Assembly: GCA_002725015.1 (NCBI GenBank)
Contig: PBQM01000038.1
Span: 1 to 58,550, forward strand
Origin: Flavobacteriaceae bacterium
GTDB taxonomy: Bacteria; Bacteroidota; Bacteroidia; Flavobacteriales; Flavobacteriaceae
Direction: 5' to 3'
DNA: 58,550 bases
Within the stretch, counting starts at the first letter, position 1, and every line of letters starts with the position of its first letter. The notes beneath the pieces were generated by a model that was given only the letters and a program-made list of their open reading frames with translations, did no database searches and was not told where the DNA came from. This document shows positions 29,189 to 38,922 of this stretch, in pieces. A program made the translations under genes and the position numbers.

Positions 29189-29196
29189 CAAATATA
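29189..29196 (-). promoter_or_regulatory. -7 box (TATATTTG) for pyrH-frr
   Basis: Exact TAnnTTTG between the tsf terminator and the pyrH ATG. Confidence 0.55.
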
Positions 29197-29253
29197 AGCA
29201 ATATATCAAAAATTTTAGGTTGCAAGTTTATCATCTCATCTACAATTACAAAT

Positions 29254-29283
29254 AAAAAAACCCTGTGTCATGACACAGGGTTT
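29254..29283 (-). terminator. Intrinsic terminator after tsf
   Basis: Perfect palindrome AAACCCTGTGTCATGACACAGGGTTT (29258-29283) with a T-run on the minus strand. Confidence 0.85.
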
Positions 29284-29303
29284 GTATTTTATAGCTAAAA
29301 ATT

Positions 29304-30269
29304 TTAGCCCAGAGTCACTCTTTTGAATGCTGTTACTTGAACAGATCCATAAGAGGCCACATATTTCGCAACAGTGCTTTTTTCGTCTTTGATAAAATCT
29401 TGGTCCAACAAACACTGTTCTTTGTCTAAGGATGTATTATCAGAAATAAAACGCTCCATTTTTCCAGGTAAAATTTTGTCCCAAATTTGTTCGGGTTTTC
29501 CCTCTGCTTTTAATTGAGATTTTGCATTGGATTCTGCTTGCGCTAAGACCTCTGGAGTCAGTTGTGCCATTGAAATATACTTGGGGATGTTTTTTAGAGT
29601 TTTCCCCAACCTACCAAGCTCAATATTGTCTTTTTCAATAACAGCGATTCGCGCTTCCGTTTCAGAAGCCACGTAAGCGGCATCAAAATCTTTATAAGAC
29701 AAAGTGGTCGCTCCCATAGATGCTACTTGCATGGCTAAATCTTTAGCCAAGGTCGCTGCATTATCTACACAGTCAGAAAGCCCAACAACCGCTGCAATCT
29801 TATTGATGTGTACATAAGCACCAACAAATGGGGCTTCAACTTTTTCAAAGGATTTAATGTCAAGTTTCTCTCCAATCACCCCCGTTTGCTCAATGAGCTT
29901 TTCGGCGACGGTCATTCCTCCAAAATCTGCATTTAAAAAGGCCTCTTTGGACTCAGAATTCAAGGCGATTTCTGCAAATTCATTGGCAAGCGCTAAGAAG
30001 TTTTCATTTTTTCCAACAAAATCTGTTTCACAACCCAAAACAATTGCAACCCCCATTGTATTACCAGCATTTATTTTGGCGATAGCAGCGCCTTCTGAGG
30101 AGTCCCGGTCCGCACGTTTCGCGGCTACTTTTTGTCCTTTTTTTCTTAGAACGTCGATGGCTTTATCAAAATCGCCTTCAGCTTCAACAAGCGCTTTTTT
30201 ACAATCCATCATTCCAGCGCCAGTGGCTTTCCTGAGTTCATTTACTTCAGCAGCAGTAACTTTTATCAT
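29304..30269 (-). CDS. tsf: Elongation factor Ts
   Basis: LRKATGAGMMDCKKAL, CETDFV. Confidence 0.97.
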   Translation of the reverse strand: MIKVTAAEVNELRKATGAGMMDCKKALVEAEGDFDKAIDVLRKKGQKVAAKRADRDSSEGAAIAKINAGNTMGVAIVLGCETDFVGKNENFLALANEFAEIALNSESKEAFLNADFGGMTVAEKLIEQTGVIGEKLDIKSFEKVEAPFVGAYVHINKIAAVVGLSDCVDNAATLAKDLAMQVASMGATTLSYKDFDAAYVASETEARIAVIEKDNIELGRLGKTLKNIPKYISMAQLTPEVLAQAESNAKSQLKAEGKPEQIWDKILPGKMERFISDNTSLDKEQCLLDQDFIKDEKSTVAKYVASYGSVQVTAFKRVTLG

Positions 30270-30351
30270 GATTTTAGTTTTAAAGAAAGTCGGAAAATTT
30301 AAAGAGTAAAAATGCTACGACTTTAAAGTTTGTAATTATTTTCAGTAAAAA

Positions 30352-31149
30352 TTATTCTTCTTCTTTAGCGGCAGTCTCTGCTACAGCAGCGGTCGCCACT
30401 GCGGCTTTGGTTTGAGCTTTTGCCGTGGTTTCGGCCTCGCCTGACTTGCCTTCTTTTTCAGCTTTTCTTACTGCCAAACCTTCAATAACGGCTTCCGAGA
30501 CAGTAGACATAATTTTATTGATGGACTTCGAGGCATCGTCATTCGATGGAATGACATAGTCTACCTGTCTTGGGTCCGAATTGGTGTCCACCATTGCGAA
30601 AATTGGAATGTTCAATTTTTGAGCTTCTTTGATGGCAATGTGTTCGCGCTTTATGTCTACAACAAATAATGCGCCTGGAAGTCGTGTCATTTCTGAAATC
30701 GAACCTAGGTTTTTTTCAAGTTTTGCTCTTAATCGATCTACCTGAAGACGCTCTTTTTTTGAGAGTGTGTTAAAGGTACCGTCCTTTTTCATGCGATCGA
30801 TTGCCGCCATTTTCTTTACAGCTTTCCTGATGGTCACAAAATTTGTCAACATTCCACCGGGCCAGCGCTCAGTGATGTAAGGCATTTTTGCTTCAGAGGC
30901 TTTTTCAGCAACGATATCTTTTGCTTGTTTTTTTGTAGCTACAAAGAGAATCTTTCGTCCAGAAGCGGCAATTTTTGCAAGCGCTTTGGAAGCTTCTTCT
31001 AGTTTTGCGGCGGTTTTATATAAATTGATGATATGGATGCCGTTGCGCTCCATATATATAAATGGTGCCATATTTGGGTCCCATTTTCTTGTAAGGTGTC
31101 CGAAGTGGACACCATTGTCGAGGAGTTCTTTTACTTCTACTTGAGCCAT
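30352..31149 (-). CDS. rpsB: 30S ribosomal protein S2
   Basis: GVHFGHLTRKWDP, RWPGGMLTNF, VDTNSDP. Confidence 0.97.
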   Translation of the reverse strand: MAQVEVKELLDNGVHFGHLTRKWDPNMAPFIYMERNGIHIINLYKTAAKLEEASKALAKIAASGRKILFVATKKQAKDIVAEKASEAKMPYITERWPGGMLTNFVTIRKAVKKMAAIDRMKKDGTFNTLSKKERLQVDRLRAKLEKNLGSISEMTRLPGALFVVDIKREHIAIKEAQKLNIPIFAMVDTNSDPRQVDYVIPSNDDASKSINKIMSTVSEAVIEGLAVRKAEKEGKSGEAETTAKAQTKAAVATAAVAETAAKEEE

Positions 31150-31157
31150 TTTTGTGT

Positions 31158-31252
31158 TAGTTTACGTTCTGTTGAATTAGCAATGAACAATTGGCTAACT
31201 TAGGCCTTGTCCATTTAGATGCTAAACTATATCTTGACAACTTTAGATGTCA
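31158..31252 (-). ncRNA. Candidate structured cis-regulatory leader of rpsB (S2 autoregulatory RNA)
   Basis: Nested stems on the minus strand: TAGTTTA/TAAACTA, TTAGCA/TGCTAA, TGGACAA/TTGTTCA, GGC/GCC; upstream TGACA/TGTCA hairpin; ends 8 nt before the ATG. Confidence 0.55.
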
Positions 31253-31287
31253 TAGACAACAATAACTGGTTTATAATTAAATGTAAA

Positions 31288-31674
31288 TTAACGCTTAGAA
31301 AATTGAAATTTCTTACGCGCTTTCTTTTGTCCAAATTTCTTACGCTCTACCATTCTTGGGTCTCGAGTGAGTAAGCCTTCTGGTTTTAAAATAATTCTGT
31401 TTTCTTCGTTGAGTTCGCACATGGCTCTCGACAAAGCAAGCCTTACAGCTTCTGCTTGTCCAGTAACACCTCCACCATAAACATTGACTTTTATATCAAA
31501 ATTACCAAGGTTTTCTGTCAGGGCTAGTGGTTGATTGACCTTGTATTGAAGCGTACCAGTGGTGAAATAAGATTTAAAATCTTTATCATTAACAGTGATA
31601 TTTCCCTTGCCTTTGGAAACATAAACACGCGCTACCGCTGTTTTTCTGCGACCAATTTTGTGAATGACTTCCAT
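31288..31674 (-). CDS. rpsI: 30S ribosomal protein S9
   Basis: GRRKTAVARV, GGGVTGQAEA, QFSKR. Confidence 0.97.
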   Translation of the reverse strand: MEVIHKIGRRKTAVARVYVSKGKGNITVNDKDFKSYFTTGTLQYKVNQPLALTENLGNFDIKVNVYGGGVTGQAEAVRLALSRAMCELNEENRIILKPEGLLTRDPRMVERKKFGQKKARKKFQFSKR

Positions 31675-32129
31675 TAGTTTATAGCGTTTAGATTGATTGT
31701 TTTTGGCTGTTGAGCCTCATGAGCGTGACTGGTCCCAACAACCACACTGAGGTTGCGGAATAAACTGGCTCCTAATTTGTTTTTTGGCAGCATCCCTTTG
31801 ATAGATTTTTCAACCAAGCGGGCAGGGTCTTTAGCGAAAAGTTCAGTTGCCGTTAAAGAGCGCTGACCCCCAGGGTAACCTGTGTAACGAATATAAGTTT
31901 TATCGTCCCATTTGTTTCCAGATAATTTGATTTTCTCAGCGTTGATCACAATGACATTATCTCCACAATCCACATGGGGTGTAAAGCTCGGCTTGTGCTT
32001 TCCTCTCAACAAAATGGCGACCCTTGAAGCCAATCGGCCCAATGTTTGTCCATCAGCATCCACTAAAACCCATGTTTTTTCACGAGTTGATTTGTTGGCT
32101 GAAATTGTTTTATAACTTAAAGTGTTCAC
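31674..32129 (-). CDS. rplM: 50S ribosomal protein L13
   Basis: [33 protein letters not shown]; GTG start. Confidence 0.97.
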   Translation of the reverse strand: MNTLSYKTISANKSTREKTWVLVDADGQTLGRLASRVAILLRGKHKPSFTPHVDCGDNVIVINAEKIKLSGNKWDDKTYIRYTGYPGGQRSLTATELFAKDPARLVEKSIKGMLPKNKLGASLFRNLSVVVGTSHAHEAQQPKTINLNAIN

Positions 32130-32176
32130 GTTAATATGTTGTATTTATTATTATTCTTCTCTCAAAAAAGAGTTTG

Positions 32177-32184
32177 CAAACTTA
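32177..32184 (-). promoter_or_regulatory. -7 box (TAAGTTTG) for rplM-rpsI-rpsB-tsf
   Basis: Exact TAnnTTTG upstream of rplM. Confidence 0.6.
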
Positions 32185-32369
32185 CAATTATAAATTGTTA
32201 TTAACAAAATCTATTTTAGCTTATTTTTTCAACCAAAATGCGATTGATTGGCATTCCATTAGATTAGAGGCCTTTTGTCGTTAAACTTTTCTAAATTGCA
32301 GCTAAGATTTGCTTAGAGTCTAATATTTTTGAGCCTGTTTTAAAATTTGTGCAGACAAGAAGAAGAAAA

Positions 32370-34985
32370 ATGAAAAAAATAGGTTGTGTAGTCTCCTTGC
32401 TTTTGTGCACGTTGTTTTCTCTGTCTTTAAACTCACAAGAAATCGCAAAGCAATATTTCACCAAACAAATTAACCCACAGCTCGCTCCAAAATTGGATGG
32501 CTTTTTAGACGATAGTATTTGGGATAAAGTAGAATGGGGTTCAAACTTTGTTGAAGTTAGCCCCGATGAAAACACCAGTCCAACCGAAGACACAAAATTT
32601 AAAATTTTATTTGATCAGAAGTATTTGTACGTCGCTTTGTTGGCTTTGGATTCTTCTCCAAATAGCATAACCCAACGGCTTTCTAGGAGGGATGGTTTTG
32701 AAGGTGACCGCATCAATGTGCTCATTGACAGCTACCACGATTTGCGGACCGCATTTTTGTTTACGGTCACTGCTGCTGGGGTACGCGGAGATGAAATTAT
32801 CACCAATAATGGAGATGATTTTGATGACAGCTGGAATCCCATTTGGAGTGCAAAGGCTCAAATTATTAAGAATGGTTGGTCTGCTGAAATGAAAATTCCC
32901 TTAAGCCAGTTGCGGTTTGGAAATGACAATGAACAGCTTTGGGGTTTGAATGTCATTCGAAATTTGTTTAAAGAAAATGAATTGTCTGCTTGGAACCGCA
33001 TCCCAGTGGGTTCAGCGGGCTGGGTCAGTCAAGCGGGAGAGTTAAGAGGATTGCGGGCATTAAAAGCCCAAAAACAGCTCGAAATTCAGCCTTTTTTAGC
33101 GGCTCAAAAAGAGACCTACAAAGCTGAAGTAGGAAATCCCTACAGAGATGGAAGTACTTCTAAATTAAATGCTGGTTTAGACGCTAAAATAGGGATCACC
33201 AACGATCTGACACTAGACCTCACTGTCAATCCAGATTTTGGACAAGTAGAGGCGGACCCTGCCGCGATTGCTTTGGATGGATTTGAAATCTTTAATAGAG
33301 AACAAAGGCCTTTTTTTGTCGAGAACAAAAACATCTTTGATTATCGCTTTGCAGACAATCGAAATAATTTGTTTTTCTCAAGACGTATCGGACGCAACCC
33401 TCAAATTTATACAGATACCCCCGATGGAGCCTATGCGGATCGCCCGACCAACACCACGATTCTTGGCGCTGCAAAATTTAGCGGTAAGACCAAAAACGGC
33501 TGGTCTATTGGCGTTTTGGAAAGTGTTACTTCTAAGGAATATGCAGAAATTAATGACAATGGCAGTATTTCAAATGCGCTTGTTGAACCCCTCACAAATT
33601 ATTTTGTTGGTCGTATTCAAAAAGACATGAACCAACGAAACACTTTTGTGGGGGGGATTTTCACTGCCACCAACCGTTCACTTTCAGATAAGGACTCTGA
33701 ACTTAGACAAGCGGCCTACACTGGAGGTTTCGATTTTAGGCACCAATGGGACAATAGAACTTATTTTTTTCAGTCTAACATTGTATTGAGTCATGTCAAA
33801 GGAAGCCCGGAAGCCATGCTTGCGACTCAAGAAAATCTAACACATTTGTTCAACAGGGTGGATGCAACCCATGTACAGGTCGATCCCAACAGAACCTCTT
33901 TGACAGGCACTGGAGGTATGGTTGAAATTGGTAAAGATGGTGGCCAAAATCTTAATTACAGTACGGGTTTTAAATGGTCTTCACCAGAGCTTGAATTGAA
34001 TGATCTAGGATTCTTAAGACGTGCCGACTCAAAACTTCAATTTTTAAACTTAGAATATAAAACAGCTAAACCAGTTTCAGTTTTTCGCAATATCAATTTA
34101 GAACTCAATCAATTCGCCTCCTATGACTTTCAAGGGAATCACAACAGATCACAATATCAATTGAGAACGAGTTTCAGGTTTTTAAACAATTCACGGATCA
34201 GTTCATGGATTACACACAAACCTAGAATCTATGACAACTCGGCCCTTAGAGGCGGGCCTCGTTGGCGTTTTTCGGAACAAAACTCTAAATCCCTTTACTA
34301 CAGATCCGACGAACGCAGAAAATTTTACACCAAGTTTGGAGTTATTCATTCAGAGTCTAAACAAAACGATATTTCTTTTTTAAAATTTGAACTAGATTTA
34401 AATTACCAATTGATGCCCGCTCTGAACTTTTCATTGTCCTCAGAGTTTTCCAAACGCCCCAACAAAACACAATATATTTCCCAAAAAGATTTTTTGAATG
34501 ACAGACGTTATATTTTGGGGAGTATTGACCAAGAAACGCTTCGCACCACGCTTCGCATCAATTACAGTTTAAACCCTAATTTAAGCATCCAATATTACGC
34601 CCAACCATTTATTTCCAAAGGGCGGTATAAAGATCTTAAATATGTCACTAATGCGACAGCCAGCCGCTTAGAAGACCGTTTCCAAATATATGATCCATCC
34701 CAAATACAATTTGATCAAAACAATTATTATTTTGACGATGATATGGACGGCCAAACAGACTATAACATTCAGAATCCAAACTTTTCAGTGGTTCAGTTCA
34801 ACTCTAATTTGGTTCTGCGCTGGGAATACATTCCTGGCTCTGAATTGTTTTTGGTGTGGTCTCAAGGGATAAGAACCAATATTTCTACAGAAACTGAACT
34901 CATTGACGGTTTTGAGACTGGTATCTTAGACCAACAACCTCAAAATATTTTTCTCGTCAAAGCAACCTACCGCTTTATCAATTAA
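32370..34985 (+). CDS. DUF5916-domain outer membrane protein with N-terminal CBM9-like domain
   Basis: PKLDGFLDDSIW, GWSAEMKIPLSQLRF, LDLTVNPDFGQVEAD, EQRPFFVE, FFSRRIG; signal peptide from ATG 32370. Confidence 0.82.
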   Translation: MKKIGCVVSLLLCTLFSLSLNSQEIAKQYFTKQINPQLAPKLDGFLDDSIWDKVEWGSNFVEVSPDENTSPTEDTKFKILFDQKYLYVALLALDSSPNSITQRLSRRDGFEGDRINVLIDSYHDLRTAFLFTVTAAGVRGDEIITNNGDDFDDSWNPIWSAKAQIIKNGWSAEMKIPLSQLRFGNDNEQLWGLNVIRNLFKENELSAWNRIPVGSAGWVSQAGELRGLRALKAQKQLEIQPFLAAQKETYKAEVGNPYRDGSTSKLNAGLDAKIGITNDLTLDLTVNPDFGQVEADPAAIALDGFEIFNREQRPFFVENKNIFDYRFADNRNNLFFSRRIGRNPQIYTDTPDGAYADRPTNTTILGAAKFSGKTKNGWSIGVLESVTSKEYAEINDNGSISNALVEPLTNYFVGRIQKDMNQRNTFVGGIFTATNRSLSDKDSELRQAAYTGGFDFRHQWDNRTYFFQSNIVLSHVKGSPEAMLATQENLTHLFNRVDATHVQVDPNRTSLTGTGGMVEIGKDGGQNLNYSTGFKWSSPELELNDLGFLRRADSKLQFLNLEYKTAKPVSVFRNINLELNQFASYDFQGNHNRSQYQLRTSFRFLNNSRISSWITHKPRIYDNSALRGGPRWRFSEQNSKSLYYRSDERRKFYTKFGVIHSESKQNDISFLKFELDLNYQLMPALNFSLSSEFSKRPNKTQYISQKDFLNDRRYILGSIDQETLRTTLRINYSLNPNLSIQYYAQPFISKGRYKDLKYVTNATASRLEDRFQIYDPSQIQFDQNNYYFDDDMDGQTDYNIQNPNFSVVQFNSNLVLRWEYIPGSELFLVWSQGIRTNISTETELIDGFETGILDQQPQNIFLVKATYRFIN

Positions 34986-35048
34986 AGGTTTGCCTAATTG
35001 TTCAATTTTTTCTTAATGTTTTATATTGATTTAGATAGAATTAAGAAT

Positions 35049-35056
35049 TATCTTTG
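35049..35056 (+). promoter_or_regulatory. -7 box (TATCTTTG) for the ctaB-cox3 cluster
   Basis: Exact TAnnTTTG upstream of ctaB. Confidence 0.55.
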
Positions 35057-35083
35057 TGAATCTAAAAATTGGATTTCAACGCT

Positions 35084-35977
35084 ATGGCCCAAAATGTTGT
35101 CACTTCTAAAGTTTCTATAAGTCTTTTGAGCGATTTCAAAACAATTACAAAAATGGGCTTGTCCCTAAGTGTTGTTTTCTCTTGTCTGGCCGGTTATTTA
35201 TTGGCTGCAGATACCATTAATTATTCTGTTCTTTCTTTACTCGCCATTGGAGGGTATTGCATGGTAGGCGCTTCCAATGTATTTAATCAAATTATTGAAA
35301 GAGATTTAGACGCCCTCATGGATCGCACCAAAAATAGGCCCCTTCCAATGGGTAGAATTTCAGTTACAAACGCATTTATCCTAGGGACACTACTCACAAT
35401 TATTGGGTTGACTATTTTATACAACATTAATCCTCGCACCGCCATGTTTGCGGCCGTTTCAATTTTTATTTATACAAGCATATACACCCCCTTAAAACAA
35501 AAAACAGCACTTTCTGTTTTGGCTGGCGCCATCCCTGGCGCCATCCCTTTTATGCTGGGCTGGGTCGCCTTTACAGGTCGTTTTGATTTGGAACCTGGGA
35601 TCTTATTTATGATGCAGTTTTTTTGGCAATTCCCTCATTTTTGGGCTATCGCCTGGATGCTAGACGAAGATTATAAAAGAGCGGGTTTTAAAATGTTACC
35701 AACAGGAGCTAAGGACAAAGGGACAGCGCTTCAAATTATTGGTTATATATGCTGGACACTTATAATTTCTTTGGTTCCTATTTTTAGTTTTACAGGAAGT
35801 TTAGAACTTTCGCTTTATGCTGCACTGCCAATTTTACTCATTGGCATGGGATTTTTATATTATGGATTTAAGCTTTTTAAAAATCAAACAAATATCGCTG
35901 CAAAAAAACTGATGGCGGTTAGTATTGTATATTTAATGAGCATGCAACTCATTTATGTTTTAGATAAATTTATTTAA
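35084..35977 (+). CDS. cyoE: Protoheme IX farnesyltransferase (heme O synthase)
   Basis: NQIIERDLDALMDRTKNRPLP, YTPLK, GAIPGAIP, WQFPHFWAI; ATG 35084 (alternative TTG 35069). Confidence 0.94.
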   Translation: MAQNVVTSKVSISLLSDFKTITKMGLSLSVVFSCLAGYLLAADTINYSVLSLLAIGGYCMVGASNVFNQIIERDLDALMDRTKNRPLPMGRISVTNAFILGTLLTIIGLTILYNINPRTAMFAAVSIFIYTSIYTPLKQKTALSVLAGAIPGAIPFMLGWVAFTGRFDLEPGILFMMQFFWQFPHFWAIAWMLDEDYKRAGFKMLPTGAKDKGTALQIIGYICWTLIISLVPIFSFTGSLELSLYAALPILLIGMGFLYYGFKLFKNQTNIAAKKLMAVSIVYLMSMQLIYVLDKFI

Positions 35978-35982
35978 AAGTT

Positions 35983-36573
35983 ATGGATTTAACTCAAGGA
36001 ACTACAAAAGAAAAAAAAGGCCGTGCAAAAAAGATGATGTTGTGGTTTGGCATTGCATCTCTTATCATGTCATTTGGGGGCTTGACAAGTGCTTTTATTG
36101 TAAGCAGTACGCGTGAAGATTGGCTCTTCAATTTTAAATTACCTGAATCTTTCACTTACAGTACACTCATTATTTTCTCTAGCAGTATCGTACTTTTTAT
36201 ATCCAAAAAGGCTCTAAAAAAAGAACAGTATTTTTTAAGTTTAGCCACACTAATAGGAACTTTTATATTGGGTCTTGCATTTATATTTACTCAGTTTTCT
36301 GGGTTTAATGAACTCATTGCATCGGGTTACAATTTTACGGGCCCAACCAGCAATATAACGATGTCTTATATTTATGTCATTGCGGTGGTCCATATCTTGC
36401 ATGTTGTAGCGGGTTTGATCAGCCTCAGCGTGACAATAATTAACCACTTACAAAGCCGCTATAGCCCATCAAAAATACTAGGTTTTGAACTCGCGGCAAC
36501 CTTTTGGCATTTCATTGATATTTTATGGTTGTATCTCTTTTTCTTTTTATATTTCTTTAACAAAATAAATTGA
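35983..36573 (+). CDS. Cytochrome c oxidase subunit III family protein (first paralog)
   Basis: MMLWFGIASLIMSFGGLTSAF, HILHV, FWHFIDILW. Confidence 0.9.
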   Translation: MDLTQGTTKEKKGRAKKMMLWFGIASLIMSFGGLTSAFIVSSTREDWLFNFKLPESFTYSTLIIFSSSIVLFISKKALKKEQYFLSLATLIGTFILGLAFIFTQFSGFNELIASGYNFTGPTSNITMSYIYVIAVVHILHVVAGLISLSVTIINHLQSRYSPSKILGFELAATFWHFIDILWLYLFFFLYFFNKIN

Positions 36574-36607
36574 TTATTTTTGCGGAACTCAAAACAACTT
36601 TTCACCT

Positions 36608-37609
36608 ATGAATTCTACAACAGTTAGTACAGGTACAGAGGAAACTACTTGGGGTGGTGGCAACCGACCACTCAAAGCGAGTTATGGGAAAATGATGATG
36701 TGGTTCTTCATTGTTTCGGATGCCTTGACTTTTTCTGGTTTTTTGGCCGCTTACGGTTTTTCTAGATTTAAATTTATTGACTATTGGCCTATTGCAGATG
36801 AGGTCTTTACTCACGTGCCGTTTCTTCACGGTCAAGAATTGCCCATGATTTACGTGGCATTTATGACCTTTGTTTTGATCATGTCTTCTGTCACTATGGT
36901 ATTGGCCGTTGATGCGGGACATCAAATGAAAAAAACCAAAGTGATTTGGTATATGTTTTTTACCATCATAGGTGGGGCTATTTTTGTGGGCTCTCAAGCT
37001 TGGGAGTGGGCCACCTTTATTCAAGGCGACTACGGAGCGGTCCAGACCAAAGGCGGAAATATTTTACAATTTGGGACCTATAAAACAATTGGTGGCGAAG
37101 ATGTCTTTAAAAGAGTTTCTGTTGAAGAATTTGCGGTAGCTGCTTACACGGATCGCACTCAACACGAGAGCAAAACTGGAGTTTGGTTCACTAGCGAAGG
37201 AAGTTTACCAACCTATACCGTAAACGATGTTTATAAAGGACTGGAATCCAATCCCAATATTCTTGTTCGCACTCAAACCATCAATGCTGAGGGAGAAAAA
37301 ACGGTCTTATCTAGAGAAGAGTCTTTGAGGCAGCTAAAAACAAATGGAAAACGCTATGTTAAGGGCGCCAATTTAGAGGCCAATGAATATGGCGCACCAC
37401 TATTTGCAGATTTCTTCTTTTTTATAACAGGTTTCCACGGTTTTCACGTCTTGTCTGGTGTGGTGATTAATATTATTATCTTTTTTAATGTAATTATTGG
37501 TACTTATGAGCGTCGGAAAAACTATGAAATGGTTGAAAAAGTAGGCCTTTACTGGCACTTTGTAGATTTAGTTTGGGTTTTTGTATTTACTTTCTTTTAC
37601 CTTGTTTAA
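36608..37609 (+). CDS. Cytochrome c oxidase subunit III family protein (second paralog, large soluble insertion)
   Basis: MMWFFIVSDALTF, ITGFHGFHV, GLYWHFVDLVW. Confidence 0.9.
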   Translation: MNSTTVSTGTEETTWGGGNRPLKASYGKMMMWFFIVSDALTFSGFLAAYGFSRFKFIDYWPIADEVFTHVPFLHGQELPMIYVAFMTFVLIMSSVTMVLAVDAGHQMKKTKVIWYMFFTIIGGAIFVGSQAWEWATFIQGDYGAVQTKGGNILQFGTYKTIGGEDVFKRVSVEEFAVAAYTDRTQHESKTGVWFTSEGSLPTYTVNDVYKGLESNPNILVRTQTINAEGEKTVLSREESLRQLKTNGKRYVKGANLEANEYGAPLFADFFFFITGFHGFHVLSGVVINIIIFFNVIIGTYERRKNYEMVEKVGLYWHFVDLVWVFVFTFFYLV

Positions 37610-37624
37610 ACATAACTTTTAAAA

Positions 37625-38068
37625 ATGGCAGAACACGCACACAAATTAGAAATTTTTAGGGGCTTGATTAAATTCAAATCCAATACCCAGAAAATATGGG
37701 GCGTTCTTTTGTTGCTTTCAGTTATCACTGCAGTCGAAGTGGTTTTAGGGATCTACAAGCCTGATATTTTAATGGTGCCTTCAATCCAAGCTTTTGAAGG
37801 CGGGCTTGGTGCAACGCTTCTAAATATTATTTTATCTCCATTTATTTACACAAAAAGTCTGAACCTGATCTTTATTGTTCTGACTGTTGTTAAAGCCTAT
37901 TATATCACTTGGGATTTTATGCACATGCGCGATGAAACAAAATCTCTTAGGCGCTTGGTCGTCTGGACTGCTGTTTTTTTGATTTGTTATCTAGTGTTTA
38001 TTTTACTTCAAGAAGGCGGTTATATCGAATCGGTCTATACTGAGGGTTTTATCAAAAGAGACTTTTAA
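37625..38068 (+). CDS. Cytochrome c oxidase subunit IV family protein
   Basis: LSVITAVEV, KAYYITWDFMHMRDE; position after the cox3 genes. Confidence 0.85.
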   Translation: MAEHAHKLEIFRGLIKFKSNTQKIWGVLLLLSVITAVEVVLGIYKPDILMVPSIQAFEGGLGATLLNIILSPFIYTKSLNLIFIVLTVVKAYYITWDFMHMRDETKSLRRLVVWTAVFLICYLVFILLQEGGYIESVYTEGFIKRDF

Positions 38069-38200
38069 AGCCAGCCACTTTTTTAAAACCCATTATCAGC
38101 ATTCTTAATTTTAGCTACTTATAAAAAAAGTGTTAAAACTAGTTAATGAGTTTATAGGCTCGCCCTTATTAGTTAATTTTACATTCTAAATCCAATACCA

Positions 38201-38905
38201 ATGTTCGATTTAAATCTCCAAAATACCCTAAGAAAAGACAGAGATAAGCACATTAGCAGTGAAGATCTGAAAGATATGATCCAAGCTATTTTTGACCAGA
38301 AAGAAGCAATTAAGTCTCGAGTCAAATCTACCCTTGAGACCCCCAACAACTCTTATGTTAATACCCTAACTTTTGATGCCTTAGATCTCGATAAAATATT
38401 TCATATAGATTCTATCAAAAAGTTATGTATCAACTATCGCCTTCGGTTTTTGGATACCCATTTATTCAAAGGGGAATATCCCAAAGAGCTCTACAGCATC
38501 ATTCCAAACCTTGAAAACGACCACAAGATTCAATTGAAAGATTTTAAAATCATGGCACCTTCCAAACTTTTCAGATTAAAAACCAAAGAGGACCCCTTAT
38601 TGTTTGTGCCCATTGGCAATGGTTATTATTATTTAGTCCACAAATGGGGAGAAGATTTAAAATCTTACAGGAAGATATTGGTTTGGCCATTTAAAAATAT
38701 CAATACTTTAATTTTTACATCCATCATTTTAAGTTTATTATCGACGGCTATAGGCTCTGCCTTTTTTAATGATTTTTCTGACACTCAGTTATTGGTGATT
38801 TTTATTTTTAACATCAAAACATTTGTCTTCGTTACATTCTATCTACTGTTTATGATGCGCAAGAACTTTAATGAGTCCATTTGGAACAGCAAGTATAAAA
38901 ATTAA
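38201..38905 (+). CDS. Hypothetical protein with two C-terminal TM helices
   Basis: 234-aa ORF; CINYRLRFLD, DPLLFVPIGNGYYYLVHKWG; no function recognised. Confidence 0.75.
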   Translation: MFDLNLQNTLRKDRDKHISSEDLKDMIQAIFDQKEAIKSRVKSTLETPNNSYVNTLTFDALDLDKIFHIDSIKKLCINYRLRFLDTHLFKGEYPKELYSIIPNLENDHKIQLKDFKIMAPSKLFRLKTKEDPLLFVPIGNGYYYLVHKWGEDLKSYRKILVWPFKNINTLIFTSIILSLLSTAIGSAFFNDFSDTQLLVIFIFNIKTFVFVTFYLLFMMRKNFNESIWNSKYKN

Positions 38906-38922
38906 GAATATATTATAATTTG

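Noticed and set aside
24964-30309. Antisense ORFs such as 24964-25374, 26659-27039 and 29857-30309 (and similar shadows elsewhere, e.g. 36602-37024, 44165-44560)
   Set aside because: They lie opposite well-conserved genes and have no recognisable motifs; typical shadow ORFs
35525-35548. 12-bp tandem repeat GGCGCCATCCCT x2 in cyoE
   Set aside because: Encodes the conserved GAIPGAIP motif of heme O synthase; not a contingency repeat
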